NCBI GenBank assembly: GCA_045863295.1
Contig: BTWA01000005.1
Location: 32,001-96,000 of the forward strand
From: Candidatus Hydrogenedentota bacterium
GTDB lineage: Bacteria; Hydrogenedentota; Hydrogenedentia; Hydrogenedentales; SLHB01
Direction of reading: 5' to 3'
DNA: 64,000 bases
Shown: positions 41,674 through 50,927 of the stretch, piece after piece
How the letters are laid out: every line of letters starts with the position of its first letter
How positions within the stretch are numbered: position 1 is the first letter of the stretch
Notes under the pieces: generated by a model
Database searches by the model: none
Told to the model about the DNA's origin: nothing
Seen by the model: the letters and a program-made list of their open reading frames with translations, nothing else
Program-made: the position numbers and the translations under genes

Positions 41674-41766
41674 AACGGTTGCCATGCACCGGGACAACCG
41701 TTTGAGGTACCCTATGCGTTTCCAGACCGACCCAAAAACCAACGCACGACCTTGGGGATACGCACC

Positions 41767-42399
41767 ATGAATCCGTTGCCTCCGCAGGCAATTCGAAAAG
41801 CGGCCGCCGGCACACTCGATATCGCGATCCGGAGCGTGTTTGAACCGTCCATTGCCCACGTCGGCCCTATCAATACCATTGGCTGCTTCTTTCTCAAGCA
41901 CCTCACGAAGTGCAACTTCGTACCCATGGCGGGGTCGATTTGGGTGCCCGTTCAGGGCGGCAACGTCAGCCTGCAGGCATCCCTGGATCAGGTGGAGGAC
42001 CACCAATACTACGTCTGGTCAGAATGCGAGATGCCGGATGGAAACGTCGTCCTGGTCGATTTTGCCGCCCGGTATTGGCCGGCGTGGGCGGCGGAATTTG
42101 GACTCTCCTGGCCCGGAAAGCCCCTCCCGTACCTGTGGCAGCCCCGTGACAGCATTGCCCCGGAAACGGCGGTCTACACCCTTCACCCGGAAATTACAGA
42201 CTCGGTCCGTCACGGAATCAATCAAGCCATTGAGTCTTACGACGGGGACGAGCCCGTGGCGACATGGGAAGCGGTGATAAACGATGCCCTGGAGCGGATA
42301 GCCAACCGGATGCAGAGCAACGACGAAGGCTGGGACTATCTGATGGAGACCGGAGTCGTTACGCCCGAGGACGAAGAAGAACAATCGTCTCCGAACTGA
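41767..42399 (+). CDS. Hypothetical protein
   Basis: About 210-aa ORF with protein-like composition filling the gap; start uncertain (41752 or 41767). Confidence 0.65.
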   Translation: MNPLPPQAIRKAAAGTLDIAIRSVFEPSIAHVGPINTIGCFFLKHLTKCNFVPMAGSIWVPVQGGNVSLQASLDQVEDHQYYVWSECEMPDGNVVLVDFAARYWPAWAAEFGLSWPGKPLPYLWQPRDSIAPETAVYTLHPEITDSVRHGINQAIESYDGDEPVATWEAVINDALERIANRMQSNDEGWDYLMETGVVTPEDEEEQSSPN

Positions 42400-42483
42400 A
42401 CAAAGAGCGAACTTCCGGCAGCAAACGAAATGGGCTGTTCCGTCATCCGGAACAGCCCATGATCGCTGTGTGCCACAAATCGA

Positions 42484-44073
42484 CTAGAACGAAATCTTCG
42501 TGTCAAAGTAGAAGTAGTCGCCATCGTCTTCCGCGGTGCCGCCCGTGAAGCTGGTCCCGTTGAAGTCGACAAAGTTGCCGTCGGTCAGGCCGTCGCCCGT
42601 GAACATGTGCGACCAGCCAGCTTCGAAAACCAAATCTTCGCTGTAGTGGTAGCGCGCCCAGATGCCCGCTTCCCAGCCGAGATCGTCGTCGGTACCCTGG
42701 GTCCAAAAGCTTAAAGCCGGGGCCAAGGGCACTTTGAATCCGCCCAAGGAAAAGCTTGCCGGTTGATCAAAGGTTTCATTGGCTTGGAAGTAAGCAAGAT
42801 AAATACCCGCTTCAATGGCTTCCGTCGGTTTCACATCGACACCGGCTTGCACTGTCCACGCATTGGTCAACTGGTGCCACTCGTCTATGAAGTAACTATA
42901 GTGCTTGTTGGAAAACAACCGGTTGAAACTAATGCTCGATTCCGGCCGCGTGAAAGGATTCAGCCATTCAACAAAGCTGATTTCGCGATTGTCCTCACCA
43001 CCGAAATAGGCGCCGTTTAGCCACGCCCGCGGTTGCCACGCAACATCAAACGTGTAACCAACTTCCACGTCGCCCGCCCACGCGCTGAATTCCGCGTCGT
43101 CGTCTCCGTACAAGAAAGGCTTGAAGAATTGGCCGTATTGGCCCGCCTCGCCAAACTGATATGCGGCTTCCGCCGAGAAGTCGAAGGCGCCGATTGTACC
43201 GGCAGCCCGCAACCCTACCGTATGCAGATTGGTGGGGTCGTAGTCGTCGAGATTGAATAGATCTTCCGCCCACTCCAGCGGCGCCACGAAATTCGTGTCG
43301 TTGATCCGCTGGGCATCGCGCAGCCAGAGCCAGTACGCGTCAAACGTAATGTCCTCAAGCGCGGTGCATGTCAGGTAGATGCCCGCGAAGTCCATGTCGG
43401 CATCTTGTTCCACCGAAAACCGTTCCGCCAGCTTCGCCCAAAAGACGTCGATGCTATACGATTCCCCGCTGTACGTCAGGCGAAACGCGTCAAACGAAAG
43501 GCCCGGAAATTCCGGATTCAGTTGATTATTGCCCACCAGCCATTGGTTGCCCAGCAGGATTTCCTGGCGGCCAATGCGCGCGCGCAAGGGCATGCCAAAC
43601 ATGTCCCGTGCTTCTATATAGGATTGGTAGATCTCCACGTCGTCGTTGGACACCGACCGGCGATCAAACCCGGTCACGTAGTTGGACCGGAAATCCTCGC
43701 CCCACACGTCGTAGCTTTCCAACTCGATAAACGCGTTCACGTCGTTGGTGAATTGCGCATTGAAGCTCAGCGTCGTGCGCTGTTCAATGGTTGCATAATC
43801 CGAACGGGAATCGTCCCAATCGTAAAACGAGATTACGGCATTGCCGCCGAACAAATCCCCAATGGGACGTTTGGGAAGAAAGAACCCCGGAATCCGGATC
43901 TCCGGCGATATGAAGGCCGGACGGTTGCCGGGCGTGAATACGCTATTGTAATAAAGGCCGCGAATATGAATTTCGCCGCCAATTTCAACGTTCTGCAATT
44001 CTGCCGATGCGGTGCCCAAACCGGCCAGCATCAACAGGGTAGCGGCAACGCATGCCCGATACATGGCGCCCAT
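42484..44073 (-). CDS. Alginate-export-family outer membrane beta-barrel protein
   Basis: Signal peptide; YQSYIE, RIGRQEI..GNQWLVG, SFDAFRLTY, EAAYQFG, DLGWE; ends in YFDTKISF (C-terminal Phe). Confidence 0.8.
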   Translation of the reverse strand: MGAMYRACVAATLLMLAGLGTASAELQNVEIGGEIHIRGLYYNSVFTPGNRPAFISPEIRIPGFFLPKRPIGDLFGGNAVISFYDWDDSRSDYATIEQRTTLSFNAQFTNDVNAFIELESYDVWGEDFRSNYVTGFDRRSVSNDDVEIYQSYIEARDMFGMPLRARIGRQEILLGNQWLVGNNQLNPEFPGLSFDAFRLTYSGESYSIDVFWAKLAERFSVEQDADMDFAGIYLTCTALEDITFDAYWLWLRDAQRINDTNFVAPLEWAEDLFNLDDYDPTNLHTVGLRAAGTIGAFDFSAEAAYQFGEAGQYGQFFKPFLYGDDDAEFSAWAGDVEVGYTFDVAWQPRAWLNGAYFGGEDNREISFVEWLNPFTRPESSISFNRLFSNKHYSYFIDEWHQLTNAWTVQAGVDVKPTEAIEAGIYLAYFQANETFDQPASFSLGGFKVPLAPALSFWTQGTDDDLGWEAGIWARYHYSEDLVFEAGWSHMFTGDGLTDGNFVDFNGTSFTGGTAEDDGDYFYFDTKISF

Positions 44074-44181
44074 AGCTCGTGGTCCTCCCTTCCGAGGTCA
44101 GCCTTCTCCCAGAAATCCGCCAAGTCGAACTAATCAAAGGCGGTAGTTCCTGCCCCCATACCAGCAGGTAATCAATAGACA

Positions 44182-44210
44182 AAATTAGCACTCTTTCACT
44201 TCTGGGTCAA
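44182..44210 (-). promoter_or_regulatory. Putative sigma70 promoter of the beta-barrel gene
   Basis: TTGACC-17-TAATTT with extended TG on the minus strand. Confidence 0.5.
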
Positions 44211-44262
44211 GTTAGTTTTTCCATGCGGTGGCCGCAATCCTACACCGATACACCGACTCCCA

Positions 44263-45240
44263 TCAATTGGGCTCCCGGTTAAACTCCTCGCCCTCATCCT
44301 CGTATGCTTCTTCGTCGAAAGTCTCCTCCGACTCTTCATCGGATCCTTCCTCATACACTTCGTCCGCATCTTCATAATCGGAATCCGCGTAATCGTTGTA
44401 CCGTTTTGGGCTTACAAGGTACATGTTTGTAGCCTGAAACCCGTTGTCGCGGCCCTCCGCCTGACTCAGGTCAAACTCGAACACCAGGTTTCGACTCGGC
44501 AACTCGCTGGAATGCACCACATTAGGCAGTCTCGAATCGTGGAAAAAAACACTCTGATACGGCGAATCCGCCTGCCGTGTATCCACTTTCCACAATTCCG
44601 ATGAAATCGACTTCATGAATCGCAGAAATCCGAACCCCCGGTCGTGATTGTGGCTGTAACATACGCCCCGTACCCGCGACCCCAACTCGCCCCAAGGTGG
44701 CGAATCCCAAGAGGCCTTGGTCGGCAACAGGTTGGGTATCAGATAGCCCGGAGTGAACAAGTCCGCTTCACGGCGCAATTCCAATGAGACATTCTCGAAC
44801 GCCACCACCTCGACCCGGCACCCCTTGTTCTGCAGCGCACGAACCACCTGCACAAAATCGCCGTCACCGGTTGCCAACAGTACCCGATCCACCCCTTGCG
44901 ACTGCAACAGGGCATCCACCGCCAAATCGAGGTCCGCATTCGCTTTGCCGTACCGGTTACCGGCATCATCCTCGTACCACTTGATGTTTTTTTGAATAAC
45001 CTTGTAGCCAAAATCGCGCAATATCGAAAAAAAACCGTATTGACCCTGCCGGTAGACCGGATCTTCCTTGGCCCTTTGTTCGTCGTATTGCACGTACGTG
45101 TTCAGGCGCATGGGCTCGGCCCCGCCCCGGCATGCAAAATCCCGCAGCACGTCGTAGCGCATGCCGTATCCCCCGTTCCGGGCGAGATTGGCGACATCCA
45201 CATACACCCCCACACGAAGACCCGACTGGCGAGGCGGCAT
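44263..45240 (-). CDS. NYN-domain (LabA/DUF88, PIN-like) protein with C-terminal cold-shock-like domain and acidic tail
   Basis: VYVDVAN, KANADLDLAVD, TGDGDF, SLELRREADLF; then GFGFL and VFFH (RNP1/RNP2-like); D/E-rich tail; ATG 45240 after AAGGAG. Confidence 0.85.
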   Translation of the reverse strand: MPPRQSGLRVGVYVDVANLARNGGYGMRYDVLRDFACRGGAEPMRLNTYVQYDEQRAKEDPVYRQGQYGFFSILRDFGYKVIQKNIKWYEDDAGNRYGKANADLDLAVDALLQSQGVDRVLLATGDGDFVQVVRALQNKGCRVEVVAFENVSLELRREADLFTPGYLIPNLLPTKASWDSPPWGELGSRVRGVCYSHNHDRGFGFLRFMKSISSELWKVDTRQADSPYQSVFFHDSRLPNVVHSSELPSRNLVFEFDLSQAEGRDNGFQATNMYLVSPKRYNDYADSDYEDADEVYEEGSDEESEETFDEEAYEDEGEEFNREPN

Positions 45241-45790
45241 ATAACACACTCCTTCTTTACTTCAGCCAATAAAATCAACCCGTTACGCACACTGCGAAAC
45301 ATGTGAACCAGGGAATCCGCGGCGAAGAACGGGGCAGTATCCGGCCCCAGAATTCTTTAACAAGCAGGTGGAAACGTCCGCCCTTAAACCATGTCATCCC
45401 AAACCCACAATAAAACAACCCAAGCGTCCGCATGGTAAAAGGTGGAATCGCGGCGAGTCAAGAATTCACCTAGCCCGAAACCCGAAGGGGTGTTCTCCGA
45501 GGCAACCATTCCCTGGCTGCACGGCAAGGTGTAATAGTTTACCCTAGCCGAGCTTTCCATGCGTGGGCGACTACAGCCATACGGAAAATAAGACAGGAGA
45601 AGTGGGGATCTACGCCCAGTCATCGCCAAACACATGATATGTCGGCATTTAGTGTCGCCGTCGACGGCATCGGAGGCCACCATTCTTGTGGAGAATGGAC
45701 AGGTACTCTACCGGTAATTGGGGTTCTATTTGGAACACGTACGATTAGTTGTAGTGACTAATAGTTTACAAACTTCTAATACTCTGCATA

Positions 45791-45819
45791 TTGACAATAG
45801 CCAAAATAAGTGGTACCTT
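45791..45819 (+). promoter_or_regulatory. Putative sigma70 promoter of the glycosylation operon
   Basis: TTGACA-17-TACCTT with extended TG. Confidence 0.6.
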
Positions 45820-45927
45820 GGCGTCAACTATCGGGACATCGTATCGAGGACGATCGGCGTCGGGGGCTGATTGATCCTGTCCTTCCTTACGACTGCGCTT
45901 CCGACCTATCTTGGGGGTCCGAAATGT

Positions 45928-46710
45928 ATGGGGCTAACGTCTGGCGCTGTGGATGTGAGCGTCGTTATTGCGTGTTACAACGAGGAGGGACACCTGCGGC
46001 AGAGCGTTCAGGAGATACTGGAAATCCTGGACGCGACCCGTTGGACGTACGAAATCATCTTTGTCGAGGATTGCAGCACGGATTCCACGCGCGGCATTGT
46101 GGAATCGTTGCTGACCGAGTATCCGGACAAGAACCTGCAAGCCATCTTTCATGAAAACAACACCGGACGCGGCCGTACGGTATCCGACGGGTTTCGCGCG
46201 GCAAAAGGAGACGTTGTCGGATATCTGGACATCGATCTTGAGGTTCATGCGCGTTACATTCCTTCCTGTGTGTTGGCCATTCTGAACGGTGCGGACGTCG
46301 CGGTGGGTTGGCGTGAGTACCGGCTTCACGTGTCATTGTTCCACCGGCATGTACTGAGCCGCGGCTACGTGTTTGTGATGCAGCGTATGCTTGCGCTTCC
46401 ATTGCACGACACGGAATCCGGATTCAAATTCTTCCGGCGCGAACGATTGTTGCCCGTGCTGGATGAGGTGATGGATCCGGGCTGGTTCTGGGACACGGAA
46501 GTCATGGCGCGTTCACACTACAAGGGATATGCGATTTCGGAAATTCCCTGCCTGTTCATTCGCCGTAGTGACAAGAAATCGACGGTGCGCGTGATTCGCG
46601 ATTCGATCGATTATTTTTCCAAGTTGCGGTCGTTTCGGAAGGAATTGCTCAAGTCGCCCGCGTCCGCGGCGAAAGGTCTGGAACCAGGCAAAACGAAAAG
46701 GTTGCCATGA
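45928..46710 (+). CDS. GT2 glycosyltransferase (DPM1/ALG5-like polyprenyl-phosphate glycosyltransferase)
   Basis: SVVIACYNEE, VEDCSTDST, NTGRG, LDIDL (DxD), DTESGFK, WFWDTE; start uncertain (45871 or 45928). Confidence 0.88.
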   Translation: MGLTSGAVDVSVVIACYNEEGHLRQSVQEILEILDATRWTYEIIFVEDCSTDSTRGIVESLLTEYPDKNLQAIFHENNTGRGRTVSDGFRAAKGDVVGYLDIDLEVHARYIPSCVLAILNGADVAVGWREYRLHVSLFHRHVLSRGYVFVMQRMLALPLHDTESGFKFFRRERLLPVLDEVMDPGWFWDTEVMARSHYKGYAISEIPCLFIRRSDKKSTVRVIRDSIDYFSKLRSFRKELLKSPASAAKGLEPGKTKRLP

Positions 46711-47327
46711 GTAACTCTTCTTCGTGGATTTATTCCAGTCCCTGGGTGTACGGCCTTGTCATGCGTTTGCTTTACGGGTCTCACTACGGTTCGCGGTACG
46801 AATCGTTGGCGGGCATGATTCCCGCGGGGGTCTCGCTCGTGGATGTCTGCGCGGGCGATTGCCGCCTGTATACGCACTACCTGAAATCAAAGGGCGTGTC
46901 GTACACCGCGCTCGACATATCTCCGGGTTTTGTGAATAGTGCCCGGAAGTCGGACATCGATGCACGCCAATTTGACGCCAACGTCGACCCGATTCCCGCC
47001 GCAGATTTTATTGTGATGCAAGCCAGTCTGTATCAGTTTCTGCCCGATGCCGCGCCCATTGTCCGAAGAATGCTCGAATCGGCCCGCCAACGCGTGTTGA
47101 TTGCGGAACCCGTCCGGAATCTCTCGGACTCAAATGTGCCGGTGCTGTCCGGGCTGTCGCGTTGGTTGACCAAGCCGCAATCCGGCCGCGCGGGCCAGCA
47201 CGGGGACCGGTTCACTGACGAGAGTTTTCGATCGTTTGTGTGCGGATTTTCCGAACTGGACCAAATAGTTCCCATACCGGGCGGCCGTGAGTTGATCGCC
47301 GTGTTCAGGCGAGATCATGGCGCATGA
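46707..47327 (+). CDS. Class I SAM-dependent methyltransferase
   Basis: LVDVCAGDC motif I, ALDIS, IAEP; ATGA-coupled on both sides. Confidence 0.75.
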   Translation: MSNSSSWIYSSPWVYGLVMRLLYGSHYGSRYESLAGMIPAGVSLVDVCAGDCRLYTHYLKSKGVSYTALDISPGFVNSARKSDIDARQFDANVDPIPAADFIVMQASLYQFLPDAAPIVRRMLESARQRVLIAEPVRNLSDSNVPVLSGLSRWLTKPQSGRAGQHGDRFTDESFRSFVCGFSELDQIVPIPGGRELIAVFRRDHGA

Positions 47328-48073
47328 AGCAGGAGATTTACGCGCTAGCGTTTCAGGAGGAGGACACGCATTGGTGGTACGCGGCACGCCGCCGGATCCT
47401 GGTCGAACTTGTTGCGCGATTGGCGCGTGCATCGGGGGAGCCGAATCGAATACTCGACTACGGTTGCGGCACGGGGTCAATTCTAAAGGCGATGCAGCCG
47501 CTGGGCGAGGCCTACGGAATCGACATGTCGGGCGAGGCGGTTCAACACTGCCGGCAGCGCGGTCTGGACCGCGTGGCGCATGTGCCGCTGGAAGAACTGA
47601 TCCGTTACGAGAATCCGTTCGATCGACGATTCCATATCGTGACCATGCTTGACGTGCTTGAGCATATCCCCGGCGACGTTGGCGCGTTGCGGGGAATCGG
47701 GGAGTGGATTGAACCGGGGGGAAGGGTCGTGATTGCGGTTCCTGCCTATGAGTTTTTGTGGAGCGGCGAGGATTACGTATCCGAGCACGTCCGGCGCTAT
47801 ACGGCTTCCGGGCTGAAGCGCGTGGTGCGCGAAGCCGGTTTTCACGTCGAGCGCTGCACGTACTTCAACGCGTTTCTATTGCCGGTGCAGTTGGCCGTGG
47901 TATTGGCGAAGCGCGTGTTTGATCCCCGATCGATGTACGTGTCAATGGTCCGGCCCACAAGCCCGATAGTGAACACCGTGCTTCGCACTGTATTCGAGTC
48001 CGAGCGGTTCTTTCTGCCCTGGATGCGCTTTCCTGCGGGCGGGTCCCTCGTGTGTATCGGTGTGAAGCGATAG
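47324..48073 (+). CDS. Class I SAM-dependent methyltransferase
   Basis: EDTHWWY, ILDYGCGTG, LDVLEHI, VPAY..LWS..D....HVRRY. Confidence 0.88.
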   Translation: MKQEIYALAFQEEDTHWWYAARRRILVELVARLARASGEPNRILDYGCGTGSILKAMQPLGEAYGIDMSGEAVQHCRQRGLDRVAHVPLEELIRYENPFDRRFHIVTMLDVLEHIPGDVGALRGIGEWIEPGGRVVIAVPAYEFLWSGEDYVSEHVRRYTASGLKRVVREAGFHVERCTYFNAFLLPVQLAVVLAKRVFDPRSMYVSMVRPTSPIVNTVLRTVFESERFFLPWMRFPAGGSLVCIGVKR

Positions 48074-48151
48074 CGAACCGGAAATTCATCGGCACGTGTG
48101 ATTTCAACACGCGATACTGACAATCGCGGCACAGCGGAAAAAGGCACAACA

Positions 48152-50758
48152 ATGACATCGGCACCTGAAGTGAAATCGCGAATGCACCGGGCTGGACAGG
48201 TTGTTCTGGCACTTGCGGCCCTGGGGATATTGGCTTTTACGCTTCAACGTTTTTATCTCGCGGGGGCCAGCTTTGGCGAACCATTCCTTTTACATCCCGA
48301 CGAGGACATGACCGCCGGAGTGGCGTTGGAGATGGTTCGCAAGGGAGAATTCAACCCCAAGTTCTTCGGGTATCCGTCGCTCTATCTCTACGTGCTAGGG
48401 GCCAATCATGCCGTCAGTCATCTCCGGTTTTTGACCTCGGGCGAATACCGGAAAGATTATTCCGATCCCCAGGGCAAACCTGCTTCCCGCACCTGGCCCG
48501 ACATCAACGAGCACGATCAGTTTCTTTTCTATCGCGAGGCGCGAAAGCTGAATGCCTTGTTCATCGCCGCCATGGCGTTCTTTGTTTTTCTGACTGGACG
48601 TGAGTTGTTCAATGCTTGGTTTGGTCTGGTTGCAGCGGCGTGGTCTCTCTATTTTCCGAATCTTGTTGAAGAAGGCCATTATGCCGTTCCCCAGGCGATA
48701 ATCGTGTGCATAGTTTCCGCGTCCGTGTACGTGGCGGTCCTGTATGTGCGGACCGGAAAGCTTTCCCACCTGTACCTTGGCGCAATCGTGGCGGGACTTG
48801 CCTTTGGCACGAAGTACAACTACGTGCCGCTCGCGGTGACGGTCGCGGCGCTGCTGGTGCGCGGACCGATCGTGCGGTGGAAACATCTGCCGCTCCTTGT
48901 GCTGACTTTTCTCGGCACGTTTGTCGTCACCACGCCATTTTCCGTAATCGATCTTCCCAAGTTTCTCGAGACTTTCGGCGCGGAAATCTTTGTGCACAAA
49001 TGGGGTAGTCCCTTTATGACCCATGAGGGCAGGCCTTTGCTGTGGTACTGGAAAACCTGGGCATCCCATGGGGCCGTGTACTTCTACACTGCGTGGATTG
49101 GGCTTTTGATCACGCCATTTCTCGTAGGGCGTAAAGGCATTGTATTTGCCGTGTTTCCGTTGCTGTTCATCCTGGCCATGGCTGAAGTGAAGCTTTTGTT
49201 CGAACGGAATTCGTTGCCGTTGGTGCCGTTTTTTGGTCTTGGCTTTGCCGGGGCGTGCTTCGCGCTCTTTGTTTCGTCTCGCTGGATTGCGGAGCGGGTG
49301 ATCAAGCACAACCGAGTCGCAATGGCCGCGGGCGCGCTTGCGCCGGCGCTACTTCTGGTGCTGGCCATGCCGGAACCGGTGAAGCAAAGCCAGGAGATTG
49401 TGAAACGCTTGCGCACGCGGGCCACGTTTACGGAAGCAAACACATGGATATGGAAGACCCTGCCCGCCAAGTCGCGGATCGTCTGCGACAACACCTGGCT
49501 TCCGGCGGTCGTTCCACTCGGGCTCGATAAGTACACCGTCACCAAGGGTCCATTATTTCTTTTTGCCAAACCGTACATTGCATACCTCGATCAGGATTAC
49601 GCCGTGAGCGCCTACGGCGCCGTATACGACAACCTGGGGGCCATCCGTCAATACAATTTGAACGTTTTGGCGCAAACTACCAGCCGGATATCCACCAAGC
49701 CGATAGAAGACTATCTGGCGCGTAATCGCGACCTGATTTACAATCGCTTTCGTATGTTGAAAAATGTGCAGCATCTGCCACCCGAGCAGAACAACCGGAT
49801 CAGCGTGTTCAATTTCGACATTGAAGTGTTTGAAGTGCCCGAGTTCACGCTTCACACGTACGAGGCGGAAACGTTCATGCCGGATGCAGCCATCGCACAA
49901 CGGATGCAGGCCGATGGCGTGGTTCCCAAGGATGCTTTTCCGTTGGAATGGAATGGAAGCATTGGCCAAACCGTAGAGTTGCCGCGCGGGGTATACGACG
50001 TGTTCATGCGTGCGTCCTGCGACGTGGGCAACCGGGATGCCAGCCAGACTGTCCTTTTCCGTATTGGCGCGGATCACTACGAAGCAGAGGTGTTCAGTTA
50101 TGAAAGCCTCGATTACTACATTGGCACCCTGCCGTTAGTCGCGGGAGGCCCAGTGTCCATTGCGATTGAGAAAGTCGATCCCATGCCGGTTTACGTGGAC
50201 AAAGTCATCTTCGTGCAAACCGGGCTCGATCCGGAGAAGACAGCCGCGGAGGCAACCGACAAGAGCCGTTTTTCGAGCGCCAATCTGATGAAGAACGGCG
50301 GTTTTGAGTACGGCGATTCCCCGTATATCGGATGGAACTACAAGCCGACCGGCGGCGTGGCCCTGCACCGGGACAAGGTGGAACGCGCCGGCGGCGATGC
50401 AAGCCTGTACGTCGAGTTGACGCCAGACGTAAACCTGGGGATATCGCAAAACATCCTGGATGTAAAAGCGGGCACGCGCTACCTGCTCCGGGGAAAGATC
50501 AAGGTCGAGGCGTTGAAGCACTATGCGTGTCTGGAAGTGCAGGACATGAACACCGGGTTCAAGACCTTCAATGCGCAGACCAAACGCATCTCGGGCACCA
50601 CCCCGTGGGTGCAGGTGGAGGTGGAGTTTACCGTGCCCGAAGGCACCAAGAATCTGTCGATCTTCCTTCGGCGGCCCTGCGTCGCGCCGGGCGAAAAAGG
50701 CGATGGCCGCATCTGGTTTGACGACGTCGAAATGTACGCGCTGAAACCGCAGCCGTAG
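48152..50758 (+). CDS. GT-C (PMT/ArnT-like) multi-TM glycosyltransferase with C-terminal carbohydrate-binding-like domain
   Basis: HPDE loop motif, FFGYPSLY, GLAFGTKYN, about 10 TM segments; C-terminal NLMKNGGFE...W..V...F...IWFDDV (CBM4/9-like). Confidence 0.78.
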   Translation: MTSAPEVKSRMHRAGQVVLALAALGILAFTLQRFYLAGASFGEPFLLHPDEDMTAGVALEMVRKGEFNPKFFGYPSLYLYVLGANHAVSHLRFLTSGEYRKDYSDPQGKPASRTWPDINEHDQFLFYREARKLNALFIAAMAFFVFLTGRELFNAWFGLVAAAWSLYFPNLVEEGHYAVPQAIIVCIVSASVYVAVLYVRTGKLSHLYLGAIVAGLAFGTKYNYVPLAVTVAALLVRGPIVRWKHLPLLVLTFLGTFVVTTPFSVIDLPKFLETFGAEIFVHKWGSPFMTHEGRPLLWYWKTWASHGAVYFYTAWIGLLITPFLVGRKGIVFAVFPLLFILAMAEVKLLFERNSLPLVPFFGLGFAGACFALFVSSRWIAERVIKHNRVAMAAGALAPALLLVLAMPEPVKQSQEIVKRLRTRATFTEANTWIWKTLPAKSRIVCDNTWLPAVVPLGLDKYTVTKGPLFLFAKPYIAYLDQDYAVSAYGAVYDNLGAIRQYNLNVLAQTTSRISTKPIEDYLARNRDLIYNRFRMLKNVQHLPPEQNNRISVFNFDIEVFEVPEFTLHTYEAETFMPDAAIAQRMQADGVVPKDAFPLEWNGSIGQTVELPRGVYDVFMRASCDVGNRDASQTVLFRIGADHYEAEVFSYESLDYYIGTLPLVAGGPVSIAIEKVDPMPVYVDKVIFVQTGLDPEKTAAEATDKSRFSSANLMKNGGFEYGDSPYIGWNYKPTGGVALHRDKVERAGGDASLYVELTPDVNLGISQNILDVKAGTRYLLRGKIKVEALKHYACLEVQDMNTGFKTFNAQTKRISGTTPWVQVEVEFTVPEGTKNLSIFLRRPCVAPGEKGDGRIWFDDVEMYALKPQP

Positions 50759-50892
50759 TTGAGTCGTTCAAGCCGATCGGCGGCATCGTTTTGCGCGCCG
50801 TTCTTCGTGAACGATTAAGATAATGGCGTGTTGTGTCTGATTGACGTTTCCTACGCCTTACCGCCTCAATCAGGGCTGGCGCGGACGCGACA

Positions 50893-50915
50893 GTTCCCGC
50901 TTTCGCGGGAATGAC
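50893..50915 (+). repeat. dRS3-like palindromic repeat, copy 1
   Basis: GTTCCCGCTTTCGCGGGAATGAC (TTCCC-N8-GGGAAT); matches 57896-57918 at 22/23. Confidence 0.65.
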
Positions 50916-50927
50916 ATATCGCGTCTA

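Noticed and set aside
44185..44211. TTAGCACTC, a CIRCE half-site, upstream of the beta-barrel gene
   Set aside because: The second half after 9 bp is TGGGTCAAG, not GAGTGCTAA; it is explained by the -10 region of the predicted promoter.
44987..45034. T7 and A8 homopolymers in the NYN gene as phase-variation tracts
   Set aside because: Short A/T runs encoding Lys and Phe codons; the frame is intact and nothing indicates slippage.
45638..45760. Short plus-strand peptide MSAFSVAVDGIGGHH resembling the PlsX N-terminus
   Set aside because: The similarity covers about 10 residues and does not continue; consistent with chance.
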